A DNA stretch of 64,000 nt from Ranitomeya imitator. Taxonomy: Eukaryota. The position numbers were made by a program, and so were the translations under genes. How positions within the stretch are numbered: the stretch's first letter is position 1; each line of letters opens with the position of its first letter. The DNA lies in contig NC_091285.1 of assembly GCF_032444005.1 (NCBI RefSeq), positions 19,902,001 through 19,966,000 of the forward strand, read 5' to 3'. The notes under the pieces are model-generated. The model was not told the DNA's origin, searched no databases, and was given only the letters and a program-made list of their open reading frames with translations. Shown piece after piece: positions 22,579 through 36,172 of this stretch.

Positions 22579-23538
22579 TACTCCACAGCTGCACTCACTA
22601 TTCTGCTGGTGCAGTCACTGTGTACATACATTACATTGCTGCTCCTGAGTTACATCCTGTATTATACTCCAGAGCTGCACTCACTATTCTGCTGGTGCAG
22701 TCACTGTGTACATACATTACATTACTGATCCTGAGTTACATCCTGTATTATACCCCAGACCTGCACTCACTATTCTGCTGGTGCAGTCACTGTGTACATA
22801 CATTACATTACTGATCCTGAGTTACATCCTGTATTATACTCCAGAGCTGCACTCACTATTCTGCTGGTGCAGTCACTGTGTACATACATTACTGATCCTG
22901 AGTTACATCCTGTATTATGCCCCAGAGCTGCACTCACTATTCTGCTGGTGCAGTCACTGTGTAGATACATTACATTACTGATCCTGAGTTACATCCTGTA
23001 TTATACTCCAGAGCTGCACTCACTATTCTGCTGGTGCAGTCACTGTGTACATACATTACATTACTGATCCTGAGTTACATCCTGTATTATACTCCAGAGC
23101 TGTACTCACTATTCTGCTGGTGCAGTCACTGTGTACATACATTACATTACTGATCCTGAGTTACATCCTGTATTATACTCCAGAGCTGCACTCACTATTC
23201 TCCTGGTGCAGTCACTGTGTACATACATTACATTACTGATCCTTAGTTACATCCTGTATTATACTCCAGAGCTGCACTCACTATTCTGCTGGTGCAGTCA
23301 CCGTGTACATACATTACATTACTGATCCTGAGTTACATCCTGCATTACACCCCAGAGCTGCACTCACTATTCTGCTGGTGCAGTCACTGTGTAGATACAT
23401 TACATTACTGATCCTGAGTTACATCCTGTATTATACTCCAGAGCTGCACTCACTATCCTGATGGTGCAGTCACTGTGTAGATACATTACATTACTGATCC
23501 TGAGTTACATCCTGTATTATACTCCAGAGCTGCACTCA
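22579..23538. repeat. 86-bp minisatellite, about 11 units
   Basis: Unit cagagctgcactcactattctgctggtgcagtcactgtgtacatacattacattactgatcctgagttacatcctgtattatactc. One unit lacks a cattac-type 5-mer. Confidence 0.95.
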
Positions 23539-23539
23539 T

Positions 23540-23700
23540 TTTATTTAATATACAAACTGTCGTCTTATTTTGCTTTAATTATTCTATTATTAACATTGTT
23601 ACTTATGACTGTTGTGTTTGAAATTGTTAAACTGTAAAGTGCTGCGGAATATGTTGGCGCTATATAAATAAAGATTATTATTATTATTATTATTATTATT
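23540..23700 (+). mobile_element. L2-type 3' tail with (ATT)n
   Basis: tgtaaagtgctgcggaatatgttggcgctatataaataaag followed by (att)n. Abuts the 86-bp array. Confidence 0.75.
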
Positions 23701-24224
23701 AATAAAGATGTTCTGAAAATAATTCCCAATATTAGCCACTAGAGGGCTCTGTAGTGCTGTGTTGATCTAGTGAAGAATGTTAATGATGGGGCTATTTATG
23801 CAGATATATACATATATGTAAATGATGCACTTAAAGGGATTGTCTTGTGACTTTTTATAGGACGTTTTAACAGAACATGAGCAGACATTAAAATATTTAC
23901 TCTTACTGAATACTTCCTATAAGGACGGCCCGTGGCAGACTGCTGGTGCTCCTGTCCCCCATACATGCTGCTGATCTGGGCTCCGCTCGTCCCTATGGTT
24001 GCACCAGGTGTAGAATCCCCCTCAGGAGCAGCAGGTCCCTGCTATTAATATTGGATACACTGTCTCCTCCCTAATGACTGGGGGAGGCAATGTTGGTTGA
24101 GGTAGTTCTGGATATTGCCACTAGGGGTCAGCAGAGATTTTCCATTTTTTGGTAGAGGATGATGGTATCACTGTCAGATTACATCCCAGAACCCCCATAA
24201 AAAAGTTCCACCATCTCTTAAAAA

Positions 24225-24598
24225 TCTTTAAATGAGAAGGTGTGTCCAAACTTTTGGTCTGTACATATATATATAAAATGCCATTATCTACAAGCGATGA
24301 CTGTTTTTTTGTAGTGCCCCATTGGATAGAAAACAGCTAAATCATTTTCTAACCACCCCCTAGGGTCCTCTAACCCATCCCCCAAATAAAGAAAAAAGTA
24401 ATACAAATATATATTGCCATTATCTCCCAGGGATGACCCCGACTGTTTTTTTTTGTAGTGCCCCCATTGAATAAAAATAAGTTATATCAATTTCTAACCA
24501 CCCCATAGAGTCCTGTAAACCATTCCCCCCATAAAAAATAATAAATATATATATGTACAGTACAGACAAAAAGTTTGGACACACCTTCTCATTTAAAG
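24225..24598. mobile_element. Two about 40-bp Tc1-type terminal fragments in outward-facing orientation
   Basis: 24225-24264 is the reverse complement (1 mismatch) of 24560-24598 (ta|cagtacagacaaaaagtttggacacaccttctcatttaaag). Confidence 0.65.
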
Positions 24599-25740
24599 GT
24601 GGCTGGGCAATATACTACGTGACTGGGCAATATACTACGTGGCCGGGCAATATACTACGTGACTGGGCAATATACTACGTGGCCGGGCAATATACTACGT
24701 GACTGGGCAATATACTACGTGGCTGGGCAATATTCTACGTGGCTGGGCAATATACTACGTGGCTGGGCAATATACTACGTGGCTGGGCAATATACTGCGT
24801 GGCTGGGCAATATACTACATGACTGGGCAATATACTACGTGGCTGGGCAATATACTACGTGGCCGGGCAATATACTACGTGGCTGGGCAATATACTACGT
24901 GGCTGGGCAATATACTACGTGACTGGGCAATATACTAAGTGACTGGGCAATATACTACGTGACTGGGCAATATACTACGTGGCTGGGCAATATTCTATGT
25001 GGCTGGGCAATATACTACGTGACTGTGCAATATACTACGTGGCTGGGCAATATACTACGTGGCTGGGCAATATACTACGTGGCTGGGCAATATACTACGT
25101 GGCTGGGCAATATACTACGTGACTGGGCAATATACTACGTGACTGGGCAATATACTACGTGGCTGGGCAATATACTACGTGGCTGGGCAATATACTACGT
25201 GGCTGGGCAATATACTACGTGGCCGGGCAATATACTACGTGACTGGGCAATATACTACGTGACTGGGCAATATTCTACGTGGCTGGGCAATATACTACGT
25301 GGCTGGGCAATATACTACGTGGCTGGGCAATATACTACGTGGCTGGGCAATATACTACGTGACTGGGCAATATACTACGTGACTGGGCAATATACTACGT
25401 GGCCGGGCAATATACTACGTGGCCGGGCAATATACTACGTGGCTGGGCAATATACTACGTGACTGGGCAATATACTACGTGACTGGGCAATATACTACGT
25501 GGCTGGGCAATATACTACGTGGCTGGGCAATATTCTACGTGGCTGGGCAATATACTACGTGGCTGGGCAATATACTACGTGACTGGGCAATATACTATGT
25601 GGCTGGGCAATATACTACGTGGCTGGGCAATATACTACGTGACTGGGCAATATACTACGTGACTGGGCAATATACTACGTGGCTGGGCAATATACTATGT
25701 GACTGGGCAATATACTACGTGACTGGGCAATATATTACGT
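24599..25740. repeat. 20-bp minisatellite, about 57 units
   Basis: Unit gtg(g/a)ctgggcaatatactac. Confidence 0.97.
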
Positions 25741-25792
25741 GGACATGCATATTCTAGAATACCCAATGCGTTAGAATCAGGCCACCATCTAG
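25741..25792 (+). mobile_element. Probable non-autonomous Helitron 3' end
   Basis: Degenerate subterminal hairpin (cccaat-gcgttaga-atcagg), then caccat-CTAG followed by T. Confidence 0.5.
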
Positions 25793-26039
25793 TATATATA
25801 TAAACGCCATTATCTCCCAGGGATGACCCTGATTATTCTTTTGGGTGAGTGCTCCCATTAGATAAAAAATAGTGAAATCATTTTCTAACTACTCCCTAGG
25901 GTCCCAAAGTTAAAAAAATAATATATAATAATAATATAAAAATGCCATTATCTCCCAAGGATGACCCCGACTGTTTTTTTTTCTTTGTAGTGCCCCCCAA
26001 TGGATTAAAAATGGTTAATTTACCCCTTCCACAACTGTA

Positions 26040-26549
26040 TGGCCAATCCTGCATTCTGGGGGCTACCGGTTGCCATGGAGATAGAACCTTTCCCCAGCCA
26101 GCTGCAGATGAAGGAGTCAGAATGGGTCAGGCCTGCAGGGTGGGAAGCAGGAGGAGGAGGAGGAGGAGAGAGGAGGAAACAGAGACAGAGGCAGAGAGAG
26201 CAGAAGAATTTCCAGCAATCACAGAGGGAAAAAAAAATATCCATTATCAACAGGGAAATAAAGGCTACAGGATGTCTGGAGGAGGGGAGGCCGCAGGGGA
26301 AGAAGAGTAGGGATCAGCAGCCATTACCCTGAAGGAGAAGGAGAAGATTTCAGGGCAGGGGGAAAGTTTTTTCCGTCTTCTAAGAGGATTTGGAAGTTTA
26401 ACAAAAGGGACGAAGAAGAAGAGGAGGAGGAGGAGGAGGAGGAGGAGGGGGAGATGGCTCCAGATGCAGATTCCCATCCCTGCTATTTTCTCAAGTTACA
26501 CAAGATGAGGGAGGAAGAGAAGGAAGCGGCTCCCTGGGTTTTAACAGAG
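26040..26549 (+). other. Candidate promoter and non-coding first exon of a + strand gene (possibly DENND2A)
   Basis: CCAAT at 26043, purine-rich (GGA)n leader, GAG|GTATTT donor at 26549/26550 followed by T-rich sequence. Identity rests only on human synteny (DENND2A is divergent to ADCK2). Confidence 0.35.
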
Positions 26550-26971
26550 GTATTTCTGCTGTTTTTTATTGTTCTTTTTTGTTTTTTTTTACGCTTTCAT
26601 TATTTTGTGTTGTTTCTTATTGTGTTTCCTTTTTATGGTTTTTGTGTCTCTTTTATGCATGAGGAGTTAAAAAATTGAAGGGAAAGTTGGGGAAAAGTTT
26701 GTCGGTCGTGTGGGAACAAGGAAAATTGGGTCAAAATCTGGTGGGATTGTGTTAAATAGGAGGATTTTGGGGTTACATAGGACTGCAGGTGAGTTATTAT
26801 CGTAACTTTAAGTGTTGGAATTGATTTCTGGTGACTCATTCAGCTCTGTCGTTATTATTTCTGTTATTTCTGACAATCTCGGCTCTGCTACATCTGACAT
26901 TCTCATAATTGCTACTTCAGGAAAATCTCAAGCCTTCTACAACTGACAGTCCCGTAACAGATTAGGTTTTT

Positions 26972-28385
26972 GACAATCTCAGCTCTACAGTACTCTCAGC
27001 TCTGCTACATTTGATAATCATAGATCTGCTCCATCAATGTCAGCTCTGCTACATCTGATAATTGTAGGTCTGCTCCATCAATGTCAGCTCTGCTACATCT
27101 GATAATCGTAGATCTGCTCCATCAATCTCAGCTCTACAGTACTCTCAGCTCTGCTACATTTGATAATCATAGATCTGCTCCATCAATGTCAGCTCTGCTA
27201 CATCTGATAATTGTAGGTCTGCTCCATCAATGTCAGCTCTGCTACATCTGATAATCGTAGATCTGCTCCATCAATCTCAGCTCTACAGTACTCTCAGCTC
27301 TGCTACATCTGATAATCATAGATCTGCTCCATCAATGTCAGCTCTGCTACATCTGATAATTGTAGGTCTGCTCCATCAATGTCAGCTCTGCTACATCTGA
27401 TAATCGTAGATCTGCTCCATCAATCTCAGCTCTACAGTACTCTCAGCTCTGCTACATCTGATAATCATAGATCTGCTCCATCAATGTCAGCTCTGCTACA
27501 TCTGATAATTGTAGGTCTGCTCCATCAATGTCAGCTCTGCTACATCTGATAATCGTAGATCTGCTCCATCAATCTCAGCTCTACAGTACTCTCAGCTCTG
27601 CTACATCTGATAATCGTAGATCTGCTCCATCAATCTCAGCTTTGCTACATCTGATAATCGTAGATCTGCTCCATCAATCTCAGCTCTGCTACATCTGATA
27701 ATCGTAGATCTGCTCCATCAATCTCAGCTTTGCTATATCTGATAATCGTAGATCTGTTCCATCAATCTCAGCTCTGCTACATCTGATAATCATAGATCTG
27801 CTCCATCAATCTCAGCTCTGCTACATCTGATAATCGTAGGTCTGCTCCATCAATGTCAGCTCTGCTACATCTGATAATCATAGATCTGATCCATCAATGT
27901 CAGCTCTGCTACATCTGATAATCATAGATCTGCTCCATCAATCTCAGCTCTGCTACATCTGATAATCAGATCTGCTCTATCAATCTCAGCTCTGTTACAT
28001 CTAATAATCGTAGATCTGCTCCATCAATCTCAGCTCTGCTACATCTGATAATCAGATCTGCTCTATCAATCTCAGCTCTGTTACATCTAATAATCGTAGA
28101 TCTGCTCCATCACTCCCAGCTCTGCTGCATTTCATATATATCTACTCCATCCTCTGCTACATCTGATAATCATAGATCTGCTCCAACAATCTCAGCTCTG
28201 CTACATCTGATAATCGCAGATCTGCTCCATCAGTCCCAGCTCTGCTACATGTGATAATTGTAGATCTGCTTCATCAGTCCCAGCTCTGCTACATCTGATA
28301 ATCGTAAATATGTACTGCATCCTCTGCTCCATCTGATAATCGTAGATCTGTTCCACCAATCCCAGCTCTTCTACATCTCACCATC
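26972..28385. repeat. 44-bp minisatellite with a 149-bp higher-order repeat
   Basis: Unit cagctctgctacatctgataatcgtagatctgctccatcaat(c/g)t. The marker tactct recurs at 26991, 27140, 27289, 27438 and 27587. Confidence 0.95.
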
Positions 28386-28718
28386 CTTCCAGATGACTGT
28401 CTCGATCAGACAGGCTTTGCTTTTCTACATGTAACCTATAACTGCTCGACCTGAGAGTCTCCAGACTACTCTGTCTTATATCTGCTCAGCGGCCCTTACC
28501 TGATGACCCATCTGACAACCTCAGCTCTGCTACACCCATCTTCTAACTGCATACTTTGAAACTTGTGTATTGTATCAGCAACTTCATACATCCTCCATCA
28601 TACAATCCCAATACTACATCTGACAGTCGTAGATCTGCTACATTGTTGTAAATGTATACAAATAGAAGTCAAGGACCTGTGTTACCTTCTTATTGCATGT
28701 GATGGTCATGGTTATATA

Positions 28719-30324
28719 CAGTGGGGCAAAAAAGTATTTAGTCAGTCAGCAATAGTGCAAGTTCCACCACTTAAAAAGATGAGAGGCATCTGTAATTTAC
28801 ATCATAGGTAGACCTCAACTATGGGAGACAAACTGAGAAAAAAAAATCCAGAAAATCACATTGTCTGTTTTTTTAACATTTTATTTGCATATTATGGTGG
28901 AAAATAAGTATTTGGTCAGAAACAAAATTTCATCTCAATACTTTGTAATATATCCTTTGTTGGCAATGACAGAGGTCAAACGTTTTCTGTAAGTCTTCAC
29001 AAGGTTGCCACACACTGTTGTTGGTATGTTGGCCCATTCCTCCATGCAGATCTCCTCTAGAGCAGTGATGTTTTTGGCTTTTCGCTTGGCAACACGGACT
29101 TTCAACTCCCTCCAAAGGTTTTCTATAGGGTTGAGATCTGGAGACTGGCTAGGCCACTCCAGGACCTTGAAATGCTTCTTACGAAGCCACTCCTTCGTTG
29201 CCCTGGCGGTGTGCTTTGGATCATTGTCATGTTGAAAGACCCAGCCACGTTTCATCTTCAATGCCCTTGCTGATGGAAGGAGGTTTGCACTCAAAATCTC
29301 ATGATACATGGCCCAATTCATTCTTTCATGTACCCGGATCAGTCGTCCTGGCCCCTTTGCAGAGAAACAGCCCCAAAGCATGATGTTTCCACCACCATGC
29401 TTTACAGTAGGTATGGTGTTTGATGGATGCAACTCAGTATTCTTTTTCCTCCAAACACGACAAGTTGTGTTTCTACCAAACAGTTCCAGTTTGGTTTCAT
29501 CAGACCATAGGACATTCTCCCAAAACTCCTCTGGATCATCCAAATGCTCTCTAGCAAACTTCAGACGGGCCCGGACATGTACTGGCTTAAGCAGTGGGAC
29601 ACGTCTGGCACTGCAGGATCTGAGTCCATGGTGGCGTAGTGTGTTACTTATGGTAGGCCTTGTTACATTGGTCCCAGCTCTCTGCAGTTCATTCACTAGG
29701 TCCACCCGCGTGGTTCTGGGATTTTTGCTCACCGTTCTTGTGATCATTCTGACCCCACGGGGTGGGATTTTGCGTGGAGCCCCAGATCGAGGGAGATTAT
29801 CAGTGGTCTTGTATGTCTTCCATTTTCTAATTATTGCTCCCACTGTTGATTTCTTCACTCCAAGCTGGTTGGCTATTGCAGATTCAGTCTTCCCAGCCTG
29901 GTGCAGGGCTATAATTTTGTTTCTGGTGTCCTTTGACAGCTCTTTGGTCTTCACCATAGTGGAGTTTGGAGTCAGACTGTTTGAGGGTGTGCACAGGTGT
30001 CTTTTTATACTGATAACAAGTTTAAACAGGTGCCATTACTACAGGTAATGAGTGGAGGAAAGAGGAGACTCTTAAAGAAGAAGTTACAGGTCTGTGAGAG
30101 CCAGAAATCTTGATTGTTTGTTTCTGACCAAATACTTATTTTCCACCATAATATGCAAATAAAATGTTAAAAAAACAGACAATGTGATTTTCTGGATTTT
30201 TTTTTCTCAGTTTGTCTCCCATAGTTGAGGTCTACCTATGATGTAAATTACAGACGCCTCTCATCTTTTTAAGTGGTGGAACTTGCACTATTGCTGACTG
30301 ACTAAATACTTTTTTGCCCCACTG
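28719..30324 (-). mobile_element. Full-length Tc1 element A (IR/DR type, Passport-like clade)
   Basis: TA|CAGTGGGGC ... GCCCCACTG|TA, about 200-bp TIRs with inner and outer aagtattt(a/g)gtcag motifs, 1606 bp. Confidence 0.97.
28935..29957 (-). CDS. Intact 340-aa Tc1 DD34E transposase
   Basis: Paired-like HTH N-terminus, [15 protein letters not shown] and [11 protein letters not shown]; 34 residues counted between the second D and the E. Confidence 0.95.
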   Translation of the reverse strand: MVKTKELSKDTRNKIIALHQAGKTESAIANQLGVKKSTVGAIIRKWKTYKTTDNLPRSGAPRKIPPRGVRMITRTVSKNPRTTRVDLVNELQRAGTNVTRPTISNTLRHHGLRSCSARRVPLLKPVHVRARLKFAREHLDDPEEFWENVLWSDETKLELFGRNTTCRVWRKKNTELHPSNTIPTVKHGGGNIMLWGCFSAKGPGRLIRVHERMNWAMYHEILSANLLPSARALKMKRGWVFQHDNDPKHTARATKEWLRKKHFKVLEWPSQSPDLNPIENLWRELKVRVAKRKAKNITALEEICMEEWANIPTTVCGNLVKTYRKRLTSVIANKGYITKY

Positions 30325-30429
30325 TAGCTGACAGGGTCGGGATTATGTGGCCACCTGCTTAGAGGAGCGACCAATTGAAAATGAGCTCTGGCATTTTCTA
30401 TACCATAGGGGGCGCAATAGTGGTCTGCT

Positions 30430-32215
30430 ACATAATGACCCCACAAATAGTTCTCCACATAGCATGATGACCCCACAAATAGTCCTCCACATAGCATGAT
30501 GACCCCACAAATAGTCCTCCACATAGCATGATGACCCCACAAATAGTCCTCCGCATAGTATGATAACCCCACAAATAGTCCTCCACATAGTATGATGGCC
30601 CCACAAATAGCCCTCCACATAGTCTGGTGGTCCCACAAATAGTCCTCCACATAATATGATGGCCCCATAAATAGTCCTCCACATAGTATGATAACACCCA
30701 CAAATAGCCCTGTAAATAGTATGATGGCCCCACATATAGTCCTCCACTTAGTATGATCGCCCCACAAATAGTCCACCACATAGTATGATGGCCCCATAAA
30801 TAGCTCTCCACATAGTATGAAGGCCCCATAAATAGTCCTCCACATAGTATGAAGGCCCCATAAATATCTCTCCACATAGTATGATAACCTCACAAACAGC
30901 CCTCTAAATAGAATGATCGCCCCACAAATAGTCCTCCACATAGTATGATGGCCCCACAAATAGTCCTCCACATAGTATGATGGCCCCACAAATAGTCCTC
31001 CACATAGTATGATGGCCCCATAAATAGTCCTCCACATAGTATGATGGCCCCACAAATAGTCCTCCACATAGCATGATGGCCCCATAAATAGCTCTCCACA
31101 TAGTATGATGGCCCCACAAATAGCCCTCTAAATAGTATGATCGCCCCACAAATAGTCCTCCACATAGTATGATGGCCCAACATATAGTCCTCCACATAGT
31201 ATGATGGCCCCACAAATAGTCCTCCACATAGTATGATGGCCCCACAAATAGTCCTCCACATAGTATGATGGCCCTATAAATAGTCCTCCACATAGCATGA
31301 TGGCCCCATAAATAGCTCTCCACATGGTATGATAACCGCACAAATAGCCCTGTAAATAGTATGATCGACCCAGAAATAGTCCTCCACATGGTATGATGGC
31401 CCCACAAATAGTCCTCCATATAGTATGATCGCCCCACAAATAGCTATCCACATCCTATAATTGCCCCATAAATAGCTCTCCACATAGTATGATAACCCCA
31501 CAAATAGTCCTCCACATAGTATGGTGGCCCCATAAATAGCTCTCCACATAGTATGATGGCCCCACAAATAGTCCTCCACTTAGTATGATGGCCCCATAAA
31601 TAGCTCTCTACATAGTATGATAACCCCACATATAGCCCTCTAAATAGTATGATCGCCCCACAAATAGTCCTCCACATAGTGTGATCGCCTCACAAATAGC
31701 CCTCCACATAATATGATGGCCCCACAAATAGCCCTCCACATAGTATGATGGCTTCATAGATAGCCCTCCACAGAGTATCATGGGCCCACAAATAGCCCTC
31801 CACATAATATGATGGCCCCACAAATAGCCCTCCACATAGTGTGATCGCCCCACAAATAGCCCTTCATGTAGTATGATGGCCTCACAAATAGCCATCCACA
31901 TAATATGATGGCCCCACAAATAGCCCTCCACATAGTATGATGGCTTCATAAATAGCCCTCCACAGAGTATCATGGGCCCACAAATAGCCCGCCACATAGT
32001 ATGGTGGCCCCACAAATAGCCCTTCATGTAGTTTGATGGCCCCACAAATAGCCCTCCACATAGTATGATGGCTTCATAAATAGCCCTCCACATAATATGA
32101 TGGCCCCACAAATAGCCCTCCACATAGTATGATGGCCCCACAAATAGCCCTCCGCATAGTATGCTGGCTTCATAAATAGCCCTCCACATAGTTTGGTGGT
32201 CCCACAAATAGCCTG
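30430..32215. repeat. 32-bp minisatellite, about 55 units
   Basis: Unit cacatagtatgatggccccacaaatagtcctc, with variant blocks. Confidence 0.95.
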
Positions 32216-33989
32216 ATTACTTTACTCTGTTTTGCACTTACCTGTTGCCCAGGAGTCAGAATCGCTACTACACTAACTCCTGGCTCTTACGACCCACACC
32301 ACCCTGGACAGAGAAAGAAGTCAATTAATTTTGTAAAAAAAAAAGTGAAAACCTAAAGATTTTCTGTCGAGTTCCCCTTTAAGGCTTTATAGTGTTAAGA
32401 TATGAGTTGCATCACATGTCGGGAACTTAGCTGAAATTGGGCAGAGTCGCGTTTACTAGACTCTTCTTTTCTGACTGATGACGCTGGAGAACATCCTGTG
32501 TGTGTTTTTGTGGCCCAGTGTATAATCCCCTGGCAGACAGGCTGTGGACATAGGACTTGGCTCACTTTTCTTACCTTTGCCTTAAGTATACTTGTACCTT
32601 TTACAGTCACACAGTGAAGTATTGAAAAAAGTGTATCATAGTATAGATATTAATACATATTAAAGGGATTTTCCCACTGGAACCATCACCAGTCCCGATA
32701 ACGGAGGTCCTAAATGAACATGCCGACCATTCACTTATATGGGATTCCATTCACTTTTATGGGACCGGTGGCTCAACTATCTCCAAAAGTCTCATAGAAG
32801 TGAATGGATTGGTGGTGGCGCATGTACACAGGAGACTTTGGGGACACTTACCCCGTTCTCATCATCAGTTGAACCCCCAGTGGTGATACATTTATCACCT
32901 CTCCAATGGTTTGTTGTGGGAAAAGCCCTTGAAGAGCTGGGTGAATATCTATGAGTCAAGGACTCCTAAATTAAAAATCTGTTTATTCACTGATATGTCC
33001 CCTTTTACCACGTGTCAAGGTAATTATTACGATTTGCCACCCAGGAGTGTGAGTGATTGGGAGTGAGACCAACTCGACAAAACTATGTATGAAAGACCCG
33101 TTTCAATAACTGACCTGTATTTTGTGTCTGTGGTGAAAGTAGATAGGTTCTCGAAAGTCCCATTTCACAACTAGGCAACACTGGACAGGTGCCACAGGGC
33201 ATGGACGGGCCTTTACCAACCTGGATTGACATTCTGTATGGTTATTAAGCATTGGATGGGTTGGACAACGGGCCCAGTATGACCCATCTCTTGAGTTCTC
33301 GTGTTAAACATCAGGAAGATCTCTTCAACATGGAGACTCTACAGGTGGTCAACGCCAAACATAGAGGTGGAGCTTACATGGCCAGGTGGGGCACCAAAAA
33401 ACAAAACCAGTTAGGGACCACCTGGTGCTGATTTATACCTCCATGTCCTTCCATCTTGGAGCAGCCTTACCAACCCTTGTAGAAGAGATGGTTGGTCTAG
33501 CCTTGCAATTGGATCTATCGCCCTGTGGGTCTCGTTGTCATATTGCAAAACTGGAAGGTTATGGATGTAGTTGAGAAGGGGGATCTTCATCTCCTGAGCA
33601 GGGGAAGGTGGAGTCTTTGGATCCACAACAGATACAGTGCCCTCATATTGGTCCTCACCATGAGATAAACTTCTGATCTTCTCAATGTTCTTAGAAGGTC
33701 TCTTATCAAGCTTCTTGCTCTAGTTCTATATGGTGCCACCTACTTAGCCTGTACTTATTGTATGTTCACCAAATGGTCATAAGTATATCAGCCAGCCCCC
33801 TTCATCAGCCAATACATAGACAGAGAAGGGTTCTGGCTTAGTTATTGAAACAAGCAATCAGCCATGCTTACACGGGAAATTCTTGATGTTGTGGAGCACA
33901 GGATCGGAAGTACATCTGTCGGACAAGCTGTCGGAAACTATTGCGCGGTTTTAGGATGCCATCTTATCCACTAGTCAGTTCGTAATAGT

Positions 33990-35650
33990 CCTGATCTGCT
34001 GGACTTATTACCCCAGTCTCCTGTAAGTGCTATGCTTGTGAAGTAGATGACTCAATGCTCATTTTCTATGGGGCTCATGGAGAGAGAGGTCCAGCCCCAT
34101 GCAGTGAGAAACTTTTGACCGATCTATGAGATATGATTCCTAAGTTTCTGATTATGGAGGGTCTAAACACGAGGACTCCTAATGATTACAAGAAAGAGGT
34201 CACGAAACCCCTTTATGAATGGAGCGCAGGTTGCTCATGGGCACTCCAACTCTATCCGTTGCCTATGGGACAGATAGATATCAGGTGGATTCCGCACAAT
34301 CAGAACCTTACCACCTAACCATATGATATGGTCCAAAAGTTTCTGATTGTGAAGGGTCCGTCAACTGGAACCCCCAGGAATTACAAAAATGGAGATCCTG
34401 AGACCACACATGAATGGAGCGCAGGTTGGGCAAGCTCTCTGCTGCTTTTCTCATTGTATTTGAGACTGACAGAAATAGGTCCTATCCCACACGATCAAAA
34501 ACGTATCACCTATCCATAAGTCTCTGATTGTCTTTGGTTCAATCATTGGGACCTCCAGTTGAGTCCCCTTCATGAGTTAAGATCAGACCTTTTTCTTTCA
34601 GAAATTTATCACCTATGCGTATAATATGATTCATACGTTTCTTTATTTTGGAGGTATCCAACCATTCAGACCACCAGGAGTCACAAGAATGGAGGTCCTT
34701 GGTCCTTCCTATGAGCTAAGTGCAGGTTGCGCATGCGCGCTGCTTCTCTATTCATTGCCTTTGAGACTGATGGAGAAAAAATGGACCAGACATTATCAGA
34801 AACTTATCTCTGTCAGTCTCATAGGCGATGACTAGAGAAGCCTGCGCACTATGTTCATAAGAAGGACCATGGACCTCCGTTCTTGTGATTGCTGGGGGTC
34901 CCATTGGTTGGACATCCCCTCGATTACAAACTTATGAATTATGTTATATAAATAGGTGATACATTTCTGATTGCTCGGATTCAGACATTCTTTTTCAAAG
35001 TATAGCAGTAATGCGCATGCGCAACCTGCACACAATTCATAACTGGGATGGAAGGAAGCCCCATCATCAAAAACCTAGGGATCATTTTATATGGATAGGT
35101 GATAGGTTTTACCCCAGATGATCGGGAATGTATCACCTATTCTGATCAGGTAGTGTCTTCCATCCCCTATATTAATTGAGGGTCGGTCGCGCATGCCTAT
35201 GGGACTGATTGAGATAGGATGGACCCCACAATTGATAGATGAGATGGAAGCACCATGATCTAAAACTTATGTATCATGTTATATGATTAGGTGATAAGTT
35301 TTACCCCCACATGATTAGAAATGTGTCACCTATTCTGATCAGGTGGGGTTCTTCCATCAGCTATATGAATGGACAATACGTTGCGCATGCGCACTGGTGC
35401 TCTGCTCATTGTCAATGAGACTGATGGAGATAAGATGGTCTCCACATGATCAGAAACGTATCACCTAGTCATATGATATATTCCCAAGTTGGCTTTTGCC
35501 ATCTATATAAATTGAGGGTAGCCCGCGCATGCGCACTGCTACTCTGCTCATTGCCTACCGTACCCCATATCATAAGACCTATATACCCTATCCTGTGGAT
35601 AGTCATCCCAGGGAAGTGGAGGCTCTTACAGAGGCCACTCTGACACTCAT
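33990..35650. mobile_element. Cluster of degenerate short MITE-like repeats
   Basis: Recurrent gcgcatgcgca, tatcacctat and gatcagaaact motifs in both orientations. Boundaries are approximate. Confidence 0.5.
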
Positions 35651-36101
35651 GGACTTGTAGTAGGATGTCCAACAAGCTCACGCAGGTGGTCAGGTGTCTA
35701 CATACTTTTGGCCGAATACTTAGTGTATATATATGGCAGGGTTCTTTTATATTTGGTTCCCCAGAAGAGGAAATACATTACGTAATGAGAAGCAGATCAA
35801 AATTCTTCCCTATGGAACTCGATCTGCCGTATGTTACAAACCTTTCAGCGCTAATTAGAAATGCCTGCCAAACGCTGTGACTTCACCGGATTCACAAAGG
35901 TGACTTCCTATTGGCTGGATTTAGAGAAATAGCGGTAAACTGATAGATTTCCTGAGCTGAATAGATCCGAGTTCAGGAGTGGCGGAAAGTCATGGAAGGT
36001 CTGTGTCCCCTTGATGTGAATTAAAATAATACATTTTTTAAAAACAGCGCCACTTTGAACCATAGGTTGTGCCCGCTAGTGCAGTCCGTAAAGAATTGAA
36101 A

Positions 36102-36172
36102 ATTATTATTTATTATTATAGCGCCATTTATTCCATGGCGCTTTACATGTGAGGAGGGGTATACATAATAAT
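36102..36172 (-). mobile_element. Short L2-type 3' tail (second subfamily)
   Basis: (att)n, then agcgccat-ttattcc-atggcgct and ttacatgtgaggaggggtatacataat. Same as 53133-53378. Confidence 0.7.

Noticed and set aside
24599-25740. CRISPR-like appearance of the regular short repeats (also the 32-, 42- and 48-bp arrays)
   Set aside because: The units are directly adjacent with no unique spacers, there are no cas genes, and the context is eukaryotic.
33380-33720. Possible decayed L1 fragments (also 41400-41750) and Penelope-like pieces (1860-2100, 7850-8050)
   Set aside because: Too degenerate to support without a profile search.
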